From NCBI RefSeq assembly GCF_009914755.1, contig NC_060932.1: a stretch of 64,000 bases of DNA. The stretch is one strand, 5' to 3'. A program made the translations under genes and the position numbers. Origin of the DNA: the human T2T-CHM13v2.0 reference genome, Homo sapiens. Under the pieces are notes generated by a model. It did no database searches. It was given only the letters and a program-made list of their open reading frames with translations, and was not told the origin of the DNA. This document shows, piece after piece, positions 1 to 13,044 of the stretch. The first letter of the stretch is position 1. The number at the start of each line of letters is the position of its first letter.

Positions 1-726
1 CTTTGAGGGAAATTTTCATTGGGAAAATGCAAAGCAGAGGGGCTGACTCATACTCTTTTCGACTCAACTCGCCCAGAATGCAGGAACCCACAGGTCACAC
101 TGACAAGGCAGGATGACCTCTAATTTTCAAAGACTAAAGATACCAACGAAGTCTTTCTCTCCTCGCTCTTTCTACGTGGTGTTTCTCCATCTTTGCAGCA
201 GCTCTTTTTTCCTGGGGTTTGGGGAGCTTTTCCTTCCTAAAACATTAACTTGCAGACCCAGAGCCAAGTTAAATCAAGCGATCTAGGTTTTTAAAAACAA
301 GCTGCTTGTTTGTTTGTTTGTTTTCATGCTAGACTAGCTCTAGGAGCAAAACTCTGTCTGTGTATACACAAGGCAGATCAGTCAGCCTTTGTCATGCAGT
401 TTAGGGCAGTCATGGTCACCCTCATCACCTGGTAGAGAGGATACAGACACTCAGACTCCAGAACTCGAAGGGCTCTTCTGACCACCCTGTGCAATCTTCT
501 CTCCTTCCAGGTGAGGACACAGAGAGGTAAAATAGTCACACCGCAGTGAGTGACATCTGAAGGATGAGAGTCCTGAGCTTCTGAAACCTCCAGCACTGAG
601 CTCTTCCACACGCACTGTTCAGGATGCCTTCAACTCTCCTCAACCTGCTTAGCAGCAATAAAAATAATCTGCAGTGACAGTTTCAAGAGCTCCCTCTGGC
701 AAATCCAGAAAAATGGCAAACTCTGC

Positions 727-774
727 TTTTGTTGTTGTCGTTGTTGTTTTGTTTTGTTTTGTTTTGTTTTGTTT
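727..774. repeat. (GTT)n/(GTTTT)n simple repeat
   Basis: ttttgttgttgtcgttgttgtttttgttttgttttgttttgttttgttt read directly. Confidence 0.9.
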
Positions 775-1447
775 AGCAGAGCAGGAAAGTCCTGTGAAGA
801 TGAACTCAGAGGGAATGTGTAAGTTCGTCGAGGGGTAAGGGACATCTCTGTATCCTATCCAAGAATCCTGACCGAGTCAGGAAGTCTTCGCATTTCCGTC
901 CACAAAGACCTGGCTCCATCCATCCACCCTTCCCTGCTGAGAAGTCCTGTGACTCTCTGAAGTAAGACCTCAGCCTCTGCTCATGCCCTGTAGAATCATC
1001 AACAAGGCAGATGTCCCCAAGCCCTCCCACTTTTTCTTTCTACCCTTTTGTTGTCACCCTGATCCTACCTGTATGTCACGTAAGTCCCTGTCCCCAAACT
1101 GAAACCACCTTCTACTCGATCTTCCCTGGAATCCACTCCATGCTCTTGACCTGAGCTCAGCCCCTATGTCAATATCCCAGCCTTTTATTAAGACCCGTTG
1201 CAAGCTCCACATCCTCCCTGGAGCTTGCCTTAGTTTCCCAATTGAAGCCAATATATCCTTCATTGTGTGTTTCTAGCCCTTTGTGTTTCCATTATCATGT
1301 GATAAGTGGCTCCCCAACACAGAATTGAGTTGTTTATGATGACATTCTTTACTGGAAGCTCCTTACCTGGCCTGGCCCTTTTCAGAGGAACCAGAATCTT
1401 AACTTTGATTGTCAGTAGCCTCCAACCCGGTAAGATTCACATAGAAC

Positions 1448-1587
1448 TATATATATGTGTGTGTGTATGTGTGTGTGTGTGTGTGTGTGTATATATACAT
1501 ACACACACACACACATATACATGTACACATAATACATATATATATATATACACACACACATACACATGTATGTATGTATGTATATGC
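1448..1587. repeat. Compound (TA)/(TG)/(CA) microsatellite
   Basis: (TG)n block followed by (CA)n, (TA)n and (TATG)n blocks. Confidence 0.95.
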
Positions 1588-2384
1588 AGGTCTTTTCCTT
1601 AGGATTTTATCAAAATGACAAATAGATTGGTCAAAAGAGAATTCATACAAAGTCGGAGGGACAACCAGGTTCATTTATAGCATATAATGGTCTAGAGAGA
1701 ATTATATGGCCATAGAGAAATTCTGATATCTGTCTCAGCTTCTCCACCCTGTGCGGCTAGAATAACCTTGAGCAATGGCACCAGTGGGAAGATCCCTGCC
1801 CTCTCAAGATTCTCTTCTGCTTGTGCAAAGCTGTCCTCAGAGTCAGGTGGGCCCCTTTTTCCTCAGGGCCCTTGAGGCTGTGACCCAACAGCTTGGTACT
1901 GACCTCAGTACTTTCCCTTAGTCCTCAATCTTCATCCGATTTTCTCCCCAGGCTTAGCTTTTCCCAGTGTTCCCTGCAAATTTGCCAGCTGCCTGCTTTA
2001 CTGAGATGGGAATGGCCATTTGATGCTGTAACTCTCTGTCTCTTTAACCAGAGATCTCTGTCTGGGCTTCTAACAGCTCCCTTCTCTCTTCAGCATCCAC
2101 ATGATGAGGGAATTTTTAACTTGGTTTGGCAGGAACCCACTTCTTGAACTCTAAGGTGAAACAGATTCCGCATTGTGCGGTGCGCTACTACAGTATACTA
2201 ACATTTCCCATGAGACATGTCTACACTCCTCCCAGACACAAGAGCTAGTCAATGGTGTCGTGTGTCCCTTCAAGGCAAATACTACTTGTAATAGTACTGA
2301 GCATGTTCTGCCCTATATAATAATAATAGTAAGTCTGTCTTTTCACCGTTGATAAAGAAATTACCTGCCATCTCATCTACATAT

Positions 2385-2540
2385 TTTCACAGCAGTCCTA
2401 TGAGATATCAGTATCCCCATTTTACAGTTGACAAAACCAAGGCTCAGAGAGGTTGCATGACCTCCATGTGATCAGATAGTAAGTGGCAGAATTAGAACAC
2501 AAACCCAAATCATTCTGTCTTCAAATCCTTTATGCCACAC
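2385..2540 (-). mobile_element. MIR SINE fragment
   Basis: Core atccccattttacag...aaggctcagagaggtt...agtaagtggcaga typical of MIR. Confidence 0.75.
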
Positions 2541-3095
2541 TGCCCTCTCTTTGTAGCTTCTTGAATCTCTCTTTTCCCAAATCTTAGAGGCCCCAAGTAG
2601 CACTCCCTACACTGATACCATCCCTCATAGCATATAGGTCTTTCCTCTTCCTCATAGCACAGTAGGTCTGTATCTCCTTTAATCCACGTATGACCCCACA
2701 AACATTTACCAGGGACCTGCTCTGGAGACTGCACTAGGATAGGTACTGTGGGGCTTGCAACCTAGTTGTAAGGTTGCCAAGGCTCTTGAGCCAGTAAATA
2801 AATCTATCTCCAAATATTATTGATTGAGAGAGAGTTAAGACCTGACCCACCCAAACACCCACTTCCAGGGATATTTTCATTTTAGCAGGGAAATTCTAGC
2901 ACCCACGAGGACTCCTAGTGATGGAAATTCAGACTCTGGAGTAGGCCGGTGGAGGAGACATTTGGGCCAAGGGCTGCCTTTTAGATGTTTTTGGGTTTTT
3001 TACAACAGCACTTTTCTCTCTTTGTTTGTCACACCCTCCAGTGGCTATCTACCACTAAGAGCTCCTGTGCTACTATGATGGCTGGCCCTTGCTGC

Positions 3096-3392
3096 TTTTT
3101 TTTTTTTTTTTTTTTTTTTTTCTGATGGAGTCTCGCTCTGTTGCCAAGCTGGAGTACAACGGCACAACCTTGGCTCACTGCAACCTCCTCCTCCAGGGTT
3201 CAAGCGGTCCTCCTGCCTCAGCCTCCCGAGTACCTGGGACTATAGGCATGTGCCCATCTAACTTTTGTACTTTTAGTAGAGACGGGGTTTCACCATGTTG
3301 GCCAGGATGGTTTTGATCTCTTGACCTCATGATCCGCCCGCCTCGGCCTCCCAAAGTGCTGGAATTACAGGCATCAGCCACCGCGCCCAGCC
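3096..3392 (-). mobile_element. Alu, full length (AluSc-like)
   Basis: Poly-T 3096-3121; dimeric Alu ending gccaccgcgcccagcc; Sc-like ggatggttttgatctcttgacctcatgatcc; degenerate TSD ccttgct. Confidence 0.95.
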
Positions 3393-4697
3393 CTTGCTAT
3401 CTTTATTTCCTGCTATACCTCCAGGGCTCCAGGCTTCCTAACTTGGTTTGGAAGGAACCTGCTTCTTGAGGCAAGACCTCAGCCTCTCTGAGGCAAGACA
3501 GCCTATCCTCCCAGGATCCAGAATGATTCTCAGGGGCAGGAATTCTAAGAAAGTTCTCTTCAAGGGCAAGCAGGGCATCTTCCATGTGCCTCTGCCTCTC
3601 TGTAGCCCCTGCCAAAAGCTGTGTCTTCTGATTACAGGAAGGAGCTGCTTCCTCCTGTTTTCTAACCAGAGCCCTTCTCTGACCCTAATAACAGGGCTGT
3701 TCAAATCAGCAGCTCCATTTTATACAGCCAGAACCACACAAACTCACATCAGCAGGTCAACCACAGAGCCAGATTTAACAAGGGCAGGTAAGATTTAAGG
3801 AGAGAGATGCTGTGGAAAGGGAAGTGTGCAGGCGGTCAGCCACGAACTTGACTTCATAATGCTGTCCAGAGCTAATGCCAATGATCAGTTTTATGCTCCT
3901 TAATAATAATCATCATCATCCTAACATTAAAGCTGATTCCATCATCTTCTGTAATGATCCTGTTTTTTTTTCTGAATTTATAATTTAAAAGCACTTTGAC
4001 CCACAGCATCTCATTTAACCCTCATAGCAATCTTGTAAGGTAAGTATCATTATTATTTTCAGAAAAATACAGAGGAAAGATGAAAAAAGCACAGGCCTGA
4101 GAGTCAGAGCCTAGGTTTCAGTCCTAGTTCTGTCTTTCCACGGGGTCACTCTGCCTCCCAGACTATTAAAAACCTCCATTTAATTACTACTTGGAGATCC
4201 AGGAGATAGGATTCACCTCCTCGAAGCTTAGGCAATGGTTTCGAGGGCTGTGAGACAGAGATGTATTTTGGGCCTTGTTCTTTTGAACAAGTACCTGAAT
4301 GGCTTGTTACCACTCCTGGCTGCGTTGGCGTGCAGGCCTGCCTACTGACAAGAAGAGATAGGTAAGTATCCACCTCTCTGCTGATGATAGCTGTTTATTA
4401 CCCAGAGTGGGCGTGGTCGCAACAGACAATCTGTCTGGCAAGCTCGTTTGGGTCAGAAAGAATGGCTTTAGATCAACCCCTCTAAAACCAAAATCATCTT
4501 TACAGAAAAACAACCTTCAGCATTCTGTTGCCTCAGTGATTCTTTACTGCAATTCAAACGGTTCAGTTACCAGGGAATAGAATGTGTAAATAATTCAACT
4601 GGGTGATTTTACCAGGAAGCTACCCTGCTCAAAATTTAAAATTCTAGTGGGCAGCATTTCCCAAAGCGTGTTCCAAGAATTCTTTGCAAAGGAGGTT

Positions 4698-4919
4698 TGC
4701 TAGAGGTTGACTTGTGTTCCCCGGAAAGATACAGTGAAGTCCTACCCTTGCTTTCTCAAGTACTCGTGAATGTAAACTTATTAGAAAATAGAGCCTTTCG
4801 GCCAGGTGTGGTGGCCCATGCCTGTAATCCCAGCACTTTAAGAGGCTGAGGTGGGAGAAACACTTGAGGCCAGGAGTTCAAGACCAGCCTGGCCAACATG
4901 GCGAAACTCCATCTCTATT

Positions 4920-4958
<39 letters not shown>

Positions 4959-5486
4959 TTAGCCAGGTGTGGTGGCACACACCTCTAATCCCAGCTACTC
5001 AGGAGGCTGAGGTAAGAGAATCACTTGAACCTGGGAGGCAAAATTTGCAGTGAGCCAAGATCACACCACTGCACTCCAGCCTGGGCGACAGAGTGAGAAT
5101 GTCTCAAAAAAAAAAAAAGGCCTTTGCAGATGTAATAAAGTTAAGAGGAGGTCATTGTGGATGGAGTAGGGTGAGAGCTTAACCTAATAGGACTGGTGTC
5201 CTTATAAGAAGAGGTGAGAGAGACACAGGGGAACGCCCTGTGACAGCAAAGGCAGAGAACAAAGTGATGCAGCTGCAAGCCTCAGAATGACAGGAATTGC
5301 CGGCCACCAGAAGCCAGGAGAGAATCCTGGAGCAGGCACTCCCCTAGAGCCTTAGAGAGAGACTCGCCCTGCCAACACCTTGATCCTGGACTTCCGGGCT
5401 CCAGAACTGGCAGACAAGGCATTTCTGTTGTTTTCAGCCACCCAGTTTGTGGTACTTGGTTACAGCAACCCTGGGAACCTCAAGCA
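4698..5486 (+). mobile_element. MaLR LTR (MLT1C-like), split by an Alu
   Basis: gtgaatgtaaacttattagaaaatagagccttt|gcagatgtaataaagttaag...gactggtgtccttataagaagagg...gccacccagtttgtggtacttggttacagcaaccc. Confidence 0.85.
4800..5118 (+). mobile_element. AluS with (CA)17 in the central A-rich linker
   Basis: ggccaggtgtggtggcccatgcctgtaatcccagc to poly-A; (CA)n at 4923-4956; gccttt duplicated on both flanks. Confidence 0.95.
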
Positions 5487-5619
5487 AGGTCAATGGCAAA
5501 GTAAGCTTTACAAATGATGAGTTCACCACTGCCCTGAACCCAAAGAACCTGAGAAAAAACCTGATGCTCCACCCCAGACCAGATCAATCAGGATCTCTGA
5601 GGGGTGGATATCTCTTAAG

Positions 5620-5967
<348 letters not shown>

Positions 5968-6659
5968 TGATGCACAGTGAGGGTAGAAAACTACTGAGCC
6001 ACACAAAATGAAGCAGGTCTCCTTGCCTGTACATTTTTTAGCACTGCTAATATGCTGTGAATTACCAAGAGGAGCTATTTAGGATGCAGAACTTCTCAAA
6101 CTTATTTGACCACACACACAAAAAAAACACCTTTTTATTGACCATCTTCTTGAAGACACATGTTTTGCAGAATGCGCTTTGGAAAACATTGGTAAGTTTT
6201 ATTGGGCATTTTGTGGTGTCAGGGAGTACCTGGTAACACCTGCCTTGAAATCTTTCCAAGTCAAGATTATTGCAGTGATGGTCCATGTTACAGAACGTGG
6301 CTCTCTTGCACCGATGTGTGCATGTTCTGGAATAGATCAGAACTCATGGATGAAGAGTGAAAAGTACTGGGTCTAAAAAGCAAGTCATATGTTTCGAACA
6401 GACTCCTTTATTTTTCATAATATGCCTTGAACCTACTCCTGGTCTCATTGATTACCAAGGCATACAGCTCTGTCTTTAAATACTAATAGTGGCGAGCTAT
6501 GCTCATCCCACCGAGACCAGAAATTTAAATAGCCTCTGTTCAAGCTATCTTAGGCAGAGTTACAAAAGTATCATATATGTGATGTGCATGTGGGCACATG
6601 CATCACATCTGTTTATGCAAGACATCCCAAAGCTCATGCACTCCACCCTTCCCACCACA

Positions 6660-7141
6660 CAAGTATTCTTAACCTATGGTTTCTGGGTTGAGAGAGGCCC
6701 ATGAACTTAAAGAAGAAAAAAATGTATCTTCCATTTTTCGCCAACTTCCTTTAATTATGAATGTAGGTGACAAATGACAGGAGGATTAGCAGTGCCTCAG
6801 ACTCTGTCACCAATTAAAATAGCAGACTTTCATATCATATCACATTACAGGGGTCCCAGACATCTCAAAATATCATGTATACTCATCATTTCCTGAAAAC
6901 TATCGTGTTTATTCGACCTGCTGCTAGATCTTGTTATTCAACGCATTAATGAGGAAGCACATGTATTATTTATCGCAAATTTATTTTTGTTTAATAATTT
7001 GATCATTGTTTTTCAACATAATTGATTTCCTTTGCAATCATGTGTATTTGATTCTCTGCATTTAAAAATATTATTCTGGTTTATAGGCATCACCTGACTG
7101 TCAAGCGTCCGTGGCACAAAATAAAAGGTGACGAATCCCTG
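6660..7141. mobile_element. hAT-Charlie non-autonomous DNA transposon (Charlie4a-like)
   Basis: Ends ...ttcttaacct and ...ggcacaaaataaaaggtgacgaatccctg; internal aattatgaatgtagg...gactctgtcaccaat...gctagatcttgttatt match the recalled consensus. Confidence 0.65.
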
Positions 7142-7159
7142 TTCTAGATCATCTACTGT

Positions 7160-7325
7160 ACATAGGATCACCTAGAACACTTGTTGAAAATACAGAGTCC
7201 TGGCTCTTACCCTCAGAAAATCCAATTCAGTTGATCATAGGTGGGAACCAGGAATCTACATTTTTAAAAGCATACCAGAAGATACTGGTGCAGATGTTTG
7301 TGGACTACATTTTGAGAAAAAGTAC
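7160..7325. mobile_element. MER5-like hAT MITE
   Basis: atcacctagaacacttgttgaaaatacagagtcctgg...caggaatctacatttttaa...ggactacattttgagaaa. Confidence 0.7.
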
Positions 7326-8721
7326 TCCACTTATTCTTAAATTTACTCTTGGGTCAATAAGATTATCAGAGTCAAGTCCTTGAGTAATGTTGTCTTAACT
7401 TGTTAATTATTTTGGTGGTTTACACTACATCATTATGTCATTGACACACTTAGAAGATAAGTAGTGGCTATGTAAAATTTGATGCTATGACCATTGTCAA
7501 GATATCCTCATGTTAATCAACTTCATAACAGTATATTTCTATGAAGATCCCTGATAGAACTTTTATGCATCTCAAATAAGAAAAAGCCAGGCTAACCCTA
7601 AGCAATTACTTTTTTACAATCTTTGAACATTATTAATCCTGAAATGATTTTCCTTTTCACATTGGCCACGAGAAGCTTAAACTCAATTTTATGTCTTTTC
7701 TCTAGCAATCATTGAGACTCAACTCTACGTCTTCTCTCTAGCAATCATATGATACGCATTTGTAGCCAAATAATATTTTGGATGTCTTTGTTCATTCTCC
7801 ATTCAAGCCATACTAGAAGCCTTCATTTCCTACCTCTGGGAAGCATTGTTATAATAAAAAAATTTTTTAAAAAGCCGAGGTTCAGTTTATAAGCTTCAGA
7901 ATAGGTTCGTGGCAGAGGGAATAGATGAGAAAATACATTTTAAGTCTCACATCCAGGCACGTCAACATCAAATGCCACAACCCTAAAGGGATTATGGCAG
8001 AAAGTGCATGCTAGAAATAATAAATATGGAATAACTGGTGAAGCTTCACACTACCCTGTTCTGGCCATGAACTGGAGGATGGGAATGTGGGCAGAGAAGC
8101 AAGCTGGCACTCACCTGGAACTCTGGGTTCTGATACCCATTCTCCTTCCCAATAGGATTGTGGGTGCCAGAGAAGCAGAGACCTTGGTGCAGCCTGGGAG
8201 GCACCTCTCCATGCAGCTTCTCTTACCCCACATGCCAGCATGCTAGGACAGCTGTAATGAAACATGGTGCCACCACAGAAAAAGAAGGCCTGAGGGAGTT
8301 CCCTGGGTTCTCTGCAGTCCCAGAGGAACAGAGGAGAAGGTTTCAAATGTTCCTGTTCACCACCCACAAATGCAGTTGAAAGGGCTTCCATAGACCCAAA
8401 GAGGCATGGTGGTTCAGACAGAAGATGCCTTAGCTAATCCTGGCACAGATCAACATCAGAAACCAGGTGGAAACACCTTACAAAGAACAGGGATTACTTT
8501 CTCAGGCCATGCAAGAAGGTATGCAAAAATGGAACTGTCTTAAGTTTTCCTAATTCAACTCATTTTCTGTTCCAAGCCTCTATTCTGCCTGTCCATGCAA
8601 ATTGGCTTCTAGTCAATTCAGATTTTTCCAGCCCATTGGGTGTATTTTCCCTCACTGTCTTTTCTCACTGGGGTTGCTTTGATGTTCTCAGGAGCCCACA
8701 CAGTGCTGGAGCAGGGAGGGG

Positions 8722-9088
8722 GCTGTGGTCTGAATGTCTGTGTCCCTCCAAAATTTATGTTGAAATGTAGTCCCTAATAAAATAGTGTTAAGAAGTGGGG
8801 CCTGTAGGAGGTGATTAGGTCACGAGAGCTCCACCGTCATGAATGGGATCAATGCCCTTAGAAAAGGGCTCGAGGGAGGTTGTTTGGCCCTTTTTTCCCT
8901 CTGCCTTCTGCCATGTGAGAACACACAAGAAGGCACCTCTTTGGAGCAGAGAATAAGCCCTCACTAAAGCTGCTGGCACATGGATTATGGACTTCTCAAC
9001 CTTTAGAACTGTGAGAAATACATTTTTGTGGCTTATAAATTATGTAGATTAAAGTATTTTGTTATAGCAGCCAGAGCAGACCAAGACA
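8722..9088 (+). mobile_element. MaLR solo LTR (MLT1A/MSTD-like)
   Basis: tgtggtctgaatgtctgtgtccctccaaaatt...gaactgtgagaaata...tattttgttatagcagcc...accaagaca. Confidence 0.85.
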
Positions 9089-9716
9089 GAAGGTGAGAGT
9101 TGCATCTATCCATATCCCTGGTCATCAGCTGTCCAGGTAGCCTCTCCTGTTGCATTCTTGTTTCTGTTGCTTTTTTACCATCATTCACACCCTCTTCGTA
9201 GTTTCTGCTATGGCCACTGGCCTTACCGGGGAATTGCGCAGTGTCTGATCTTCATAACCACATCAGCTTCTCCTGCCCCCAGCCTGAGAGAGCTCAGGCT
9301 GAACAGTAGGCTCCCCATCTGTTCTTTCCAGAAACCTTGTGCCCTGCATCCTTCAGGGCTTTAACTTTTGATCCCAAGCAACCCTTTTCTCTGAAATGTT
9401 GGTCTTGGTTATATGTTTCAAAGATCTATTTTGTAATGCCAAATCTGATGTAAATATTGACTGTGTCTGCATTTCTGCTTGTAAGGATGGTGACCAGGTT
9501 GAGGGTTGGTCTGGGGGTTGGGGGCAGGGGGCATGAGACAGGGAGATGGGAAGCAAGGAGACAGAGGGATTATCAAGAATAAGACACTTGTCAATGAATG
9601 CCTCCAGATGCATTCCTGCTGCACATCTCTCAGTGTCAGCCCACCTTTCTCCTGTGTTTATTACCTTCCTACTTTTACCCTGACTTTTCAATTTTATTCT
9701 CTTGAATTTAAAAATG

Positions 9717-9756
9717 TACACACACACACACGTGTGTGTGCATGTGCACGTGTGTT
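9717..9756. repeat. (CA)n-(TG)n self-complementary dinucleotide tract
   Basis: acacacacacacacgtgtgtgtgcatgtgcacgtgtgt. Confidence 0.85.
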
Positions 9757-11120
9757 TAAGAGAGAGATTTGGCTCAAATCTTTTGCAGATTAAAGCGAAA
9801 TACAGATAACAAAATGTAACATATCACAGGAGGAGCTCTCTAAGTTATGGCTATTATATTATCCCCATTTTACAGCTAATTAATAATAGATGTTCACTAA
9901 ATCATGAGTATTTTATTAACTCCATGTTTCCAGCCAAGGAAATGAATCCAAGAGTTTCAGTTACTCGTTCAACATGATACAGCCCCTGAGTGGAAGAACC
10001 AGGACACAAAATCAGACCTCTTCTGCCTCTAAACCTCACACTGTTTCCACTGTAACACATTTGTCCTACTCTAATGTTTTCTCAAGTGATTTTACATTCA
10101 TGCATCCAGGGGGTTCATTACACTTTGCTACCAGGGTATTAAGATGGATCTTCAGATGATGTTTCTAAAGAACCTTAAATTTCCCAGGTGAAAATGCTCA
10201 TTGAAAACAGCTGTATTGTCAGCTCTTAATTATTGGGGACAGGCTGAGACAGGGATAGAGCAGCTGGATGAGATTCATAATTAATCCCTCTTTTGAGTCA
10301 AGAGTCTCAGCCTGCCTCTCCCATCACTTCTCCCGCTGGAGCTGCCCACAGGAAGAAAATAGTTTCTTAAGAGGCTCATCTCCCAAGACTCAAGCTGCAG
10401 AAAGCTGTCCTGATCAGACGTCTGCATTAATGTGGCTTTGAAGCTGCAATCCAGAACAAAGGAGCACAAAGTAACTTAAGGAGAGAGTGGGGTGATCCAA
10501 GGAAGAGAATTTCAAGACACAGTATTTCACCAGAAACAAATGTTCAAACCAGTGTTGCGGGTCAGGGCAGAGCCTAGGCTACCACTCACTGTTTTCCGGA
10601 ATTAGTATCGCCCTTGTTGGAGAGTGGAATGGAGCTCCCAGTCTGTCAGACACTGAAAAGAGTCAATAATCCAAAGTGTCTACCAAACACCTACTTTTGG
10701 TTATATCTGGGGAGTTATTGAATCAACCTCCATTTGTGAGTCTGGATCCCCAAGAAGGAACCCCCAAGGTCTTGGCCAGTGACAGTGGGGATGGCAGAGA
10801 GAGCAGAAAACTTGCTGCTTTGTTATAGAATTGTTCTTTCCAGAGCCTCAAACATTTACCAAGTGCCTGCTATGTGACAGGCAGTGAAACCTAGCAATTA
10901 CTGCAAACAGAGGAGTGCCAACACACACACTCCAGCCTTTAGCATCAGAGCTTACAGAGGCACTAAGGGACTAATTGATAGGTAATAAGTCACATAACAA
11001 CCAATGCCTCCAAGTGCATTCCTGATGCATTTCTCTTGAACACCAGCTTTACCCCTGTCTTTATTATCTTCCTCCTTTTACCCTGACCTGTACCTTGGAT
11101 GCCGCGGATAAATGAGCAAC

Positions 11121-11133
11121 AGGTCACAGGTCA
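11121..11133 (+). promoter_or_regulatory. Perfect DR1 nuclear-receptor element (candidate)
   Basis: AGGTCA-C-AGGTCA; a further half-site TGACCT at 11084-11089 and GATAA at 11107-11111; function untested. Confidence 0.45.
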
Positions 11134-12589
11134 TACTAGTACAAAAACCACACACTGCTCCTTTCTTCTCCACTTCTCCAGCCAGGAAGCTCATGAAGTG
11201 TCTGCATCTGCACTCTGTCCAAAGCTCTAGAATGAGATACAGCCCCACATCTCTATGGCAGCTTCCCAGTGTAATCAGCCAACTCCAGCATCTGAGAGGG
11301 AGTTGGACAAAGACATATCTGAACCCATCATAGCTGATGGCACTGAAAAGAATGCAGAATTAATGACTGCAGGAGGAACAGGAGCAAAAAGGCCAAGGGG
11401 AAAGACCTGGCCCAGCGCATCTACAGATTTGCCAGCCCCACAATGCCCCAGTGGAGTCTCACTTTCCAGCTGCTGCTTGCTAACTGGTCTCTGAAAGTCT
11501 CTAAGTTTCCAGAAAAGAGGCAACAGTTTCTTTATCTTTAGATCTGCTGTAGCATAGGTGTTTCTGACCTTCCATCCATCTCCATGATCTTAGCTGGAGC
11601 TGAGGAGGCCTCTTCTGCCTCATCTCTGCCACCCATATGATTGGAACCCAGCTCTGAGGCTGGCACCAGGATGCTTTGGTTTTATTTCTCTGAAACAAAT
11701 TAACTGAAAAAAAAGACATGTAAATAGAAAATCAACTGTGGGAGGTAAATTACAAGGCTTCCCCTGACACATGCCACTTGCAAACCTCTACCAAATGATA
11801 ACAGAGAATCTCCCTAGAAGAGGGAAAAAGGCAGGTACATGTCCTAACTGTGCCTAGAATTGAATCCCAGTAGTGGGTCTGTGTTCTACCTAGCCATTTT
11901 CTAGGGGGAGTAAGACATTGAAAGTCTGAGTTATCCCGAAAACTAGCCTGAGATATTCTGTCCCCAAGGAAAAGGTCACAGGAAGGAGGGAAATGTTCCA
12001 CTACCCCAGCTTTGTCCCCCTCTTATGGACACTGATCATGTTGATTTGGAGACCTCTCATCCATTGCTGTCACAGGGTATCCCCACATCTATCCAGGCTA
12101 TGAAATAGAAGTATCGATGCTATCACAAAGCAGCAAGCTTCTTGCTCTCTTTGCCATTCCCACTGTCACTGGCCAAGTTTTCGGGGTCCCTTCTTGGAGA
12201 TCCAGGCTCAGAAATGGAGATGCTTTAGAATAGCCAAGCTTTGAGAGAGACTAACAAACAGGTGTACCTAAATGCAGTTATGAACCAGTTCATAAACTCT
12301 CAAGAGAAAGGAACCGTGAGTCAAACTAATGAAGCCTGAATCTGAACTTCACAGAAAATCCATGGTGCACTGGAGGGTTACATTCCCAGCCAGTGGTCCG
12401 ATTATCTGTACACTTCTACACCTCTAGTTGCGTAGTCAATTAATCATAATAATGAATCATGTAAGATGGGATTAAATATAACCTTTTATAGCAACCCATA
12501 ATACTGATAGACCCTTTCCTCACTCCAGGCTGCCTCGGGACCTGTGTTCCTCCGTGGTCTGGAATGTCATGGAATTTTAGACCTACCAC

Positions 12590-12686
12590 GAGAAGAGGAA
12601 GATGAAGAGGAGGAAGAAGAGGAGGAGGAGGACAAATAAGAGAAAGAAGAAGGAGAAAAAGAACAAGAAGAACAAGAACAAAAAGA
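12590..12686. repeat. GA-rich low-complexity tract
   Basis: gaagaggaagatgaagaggaggaagaagaggag...gaacaagaagaacaagaac. Confidence 0.85.
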
Positions 12687-12697
12687 TCTGTCCCTGG

Positions 12698-12992
12698 GGC
12701 TGGGCCCAGTGTCTCACGTCTATAATCTCAGCACTTTGGGAGGCCAAGGTGGGCGGATCCCCTGAGATTAGGAGTTTAAGACCAGCTGCCCAACATGGTG
12801 AAACCCTGTCTCTACTAAAAATACAAAAATTAGTGGGGCATGGTGGTGGGCACCTGTAATCCCAGCTACTCAGGAGTCTGAGACAGGAGAATTGTTTGAA
12901 CCCGGGAGGTGGATGTTGCTGTGAGCCAAGATCGCACCACTGCTCTGGCACTCCAGAAGGGGGCAAGTGCTAAGGAAAAAAAAAAAAAAAAA
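12698..12992 (+). mobile_element. AluS with altered 3' end
   Basis: ggctgggcccagtgtctcacgtctataatctcagcactttgggagg; linker tactaaaaatacaaaaattag; poly-A 12976-12992. Confidence 0.93.
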
Positions 12993-13044
12993 GCTGGAAA
13001 ATGAAGAAGAAACAGTGACATCCAGTCTTAAAGATAAGAGCCCT

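Noticed and set aside
2165-2300. Small CpG-containing hairpin ccgca-ttg-tgcgg, possible small RNA
   Set aside because: Stem of only 5 bp; no tRNA, snoRNA or snRNA motifs.
11255-11523. Plausible-looking short ORFs on both strands in unique sequence
   Set aside because: No recognisable family, no convincing splice boundaries; length is within chance.
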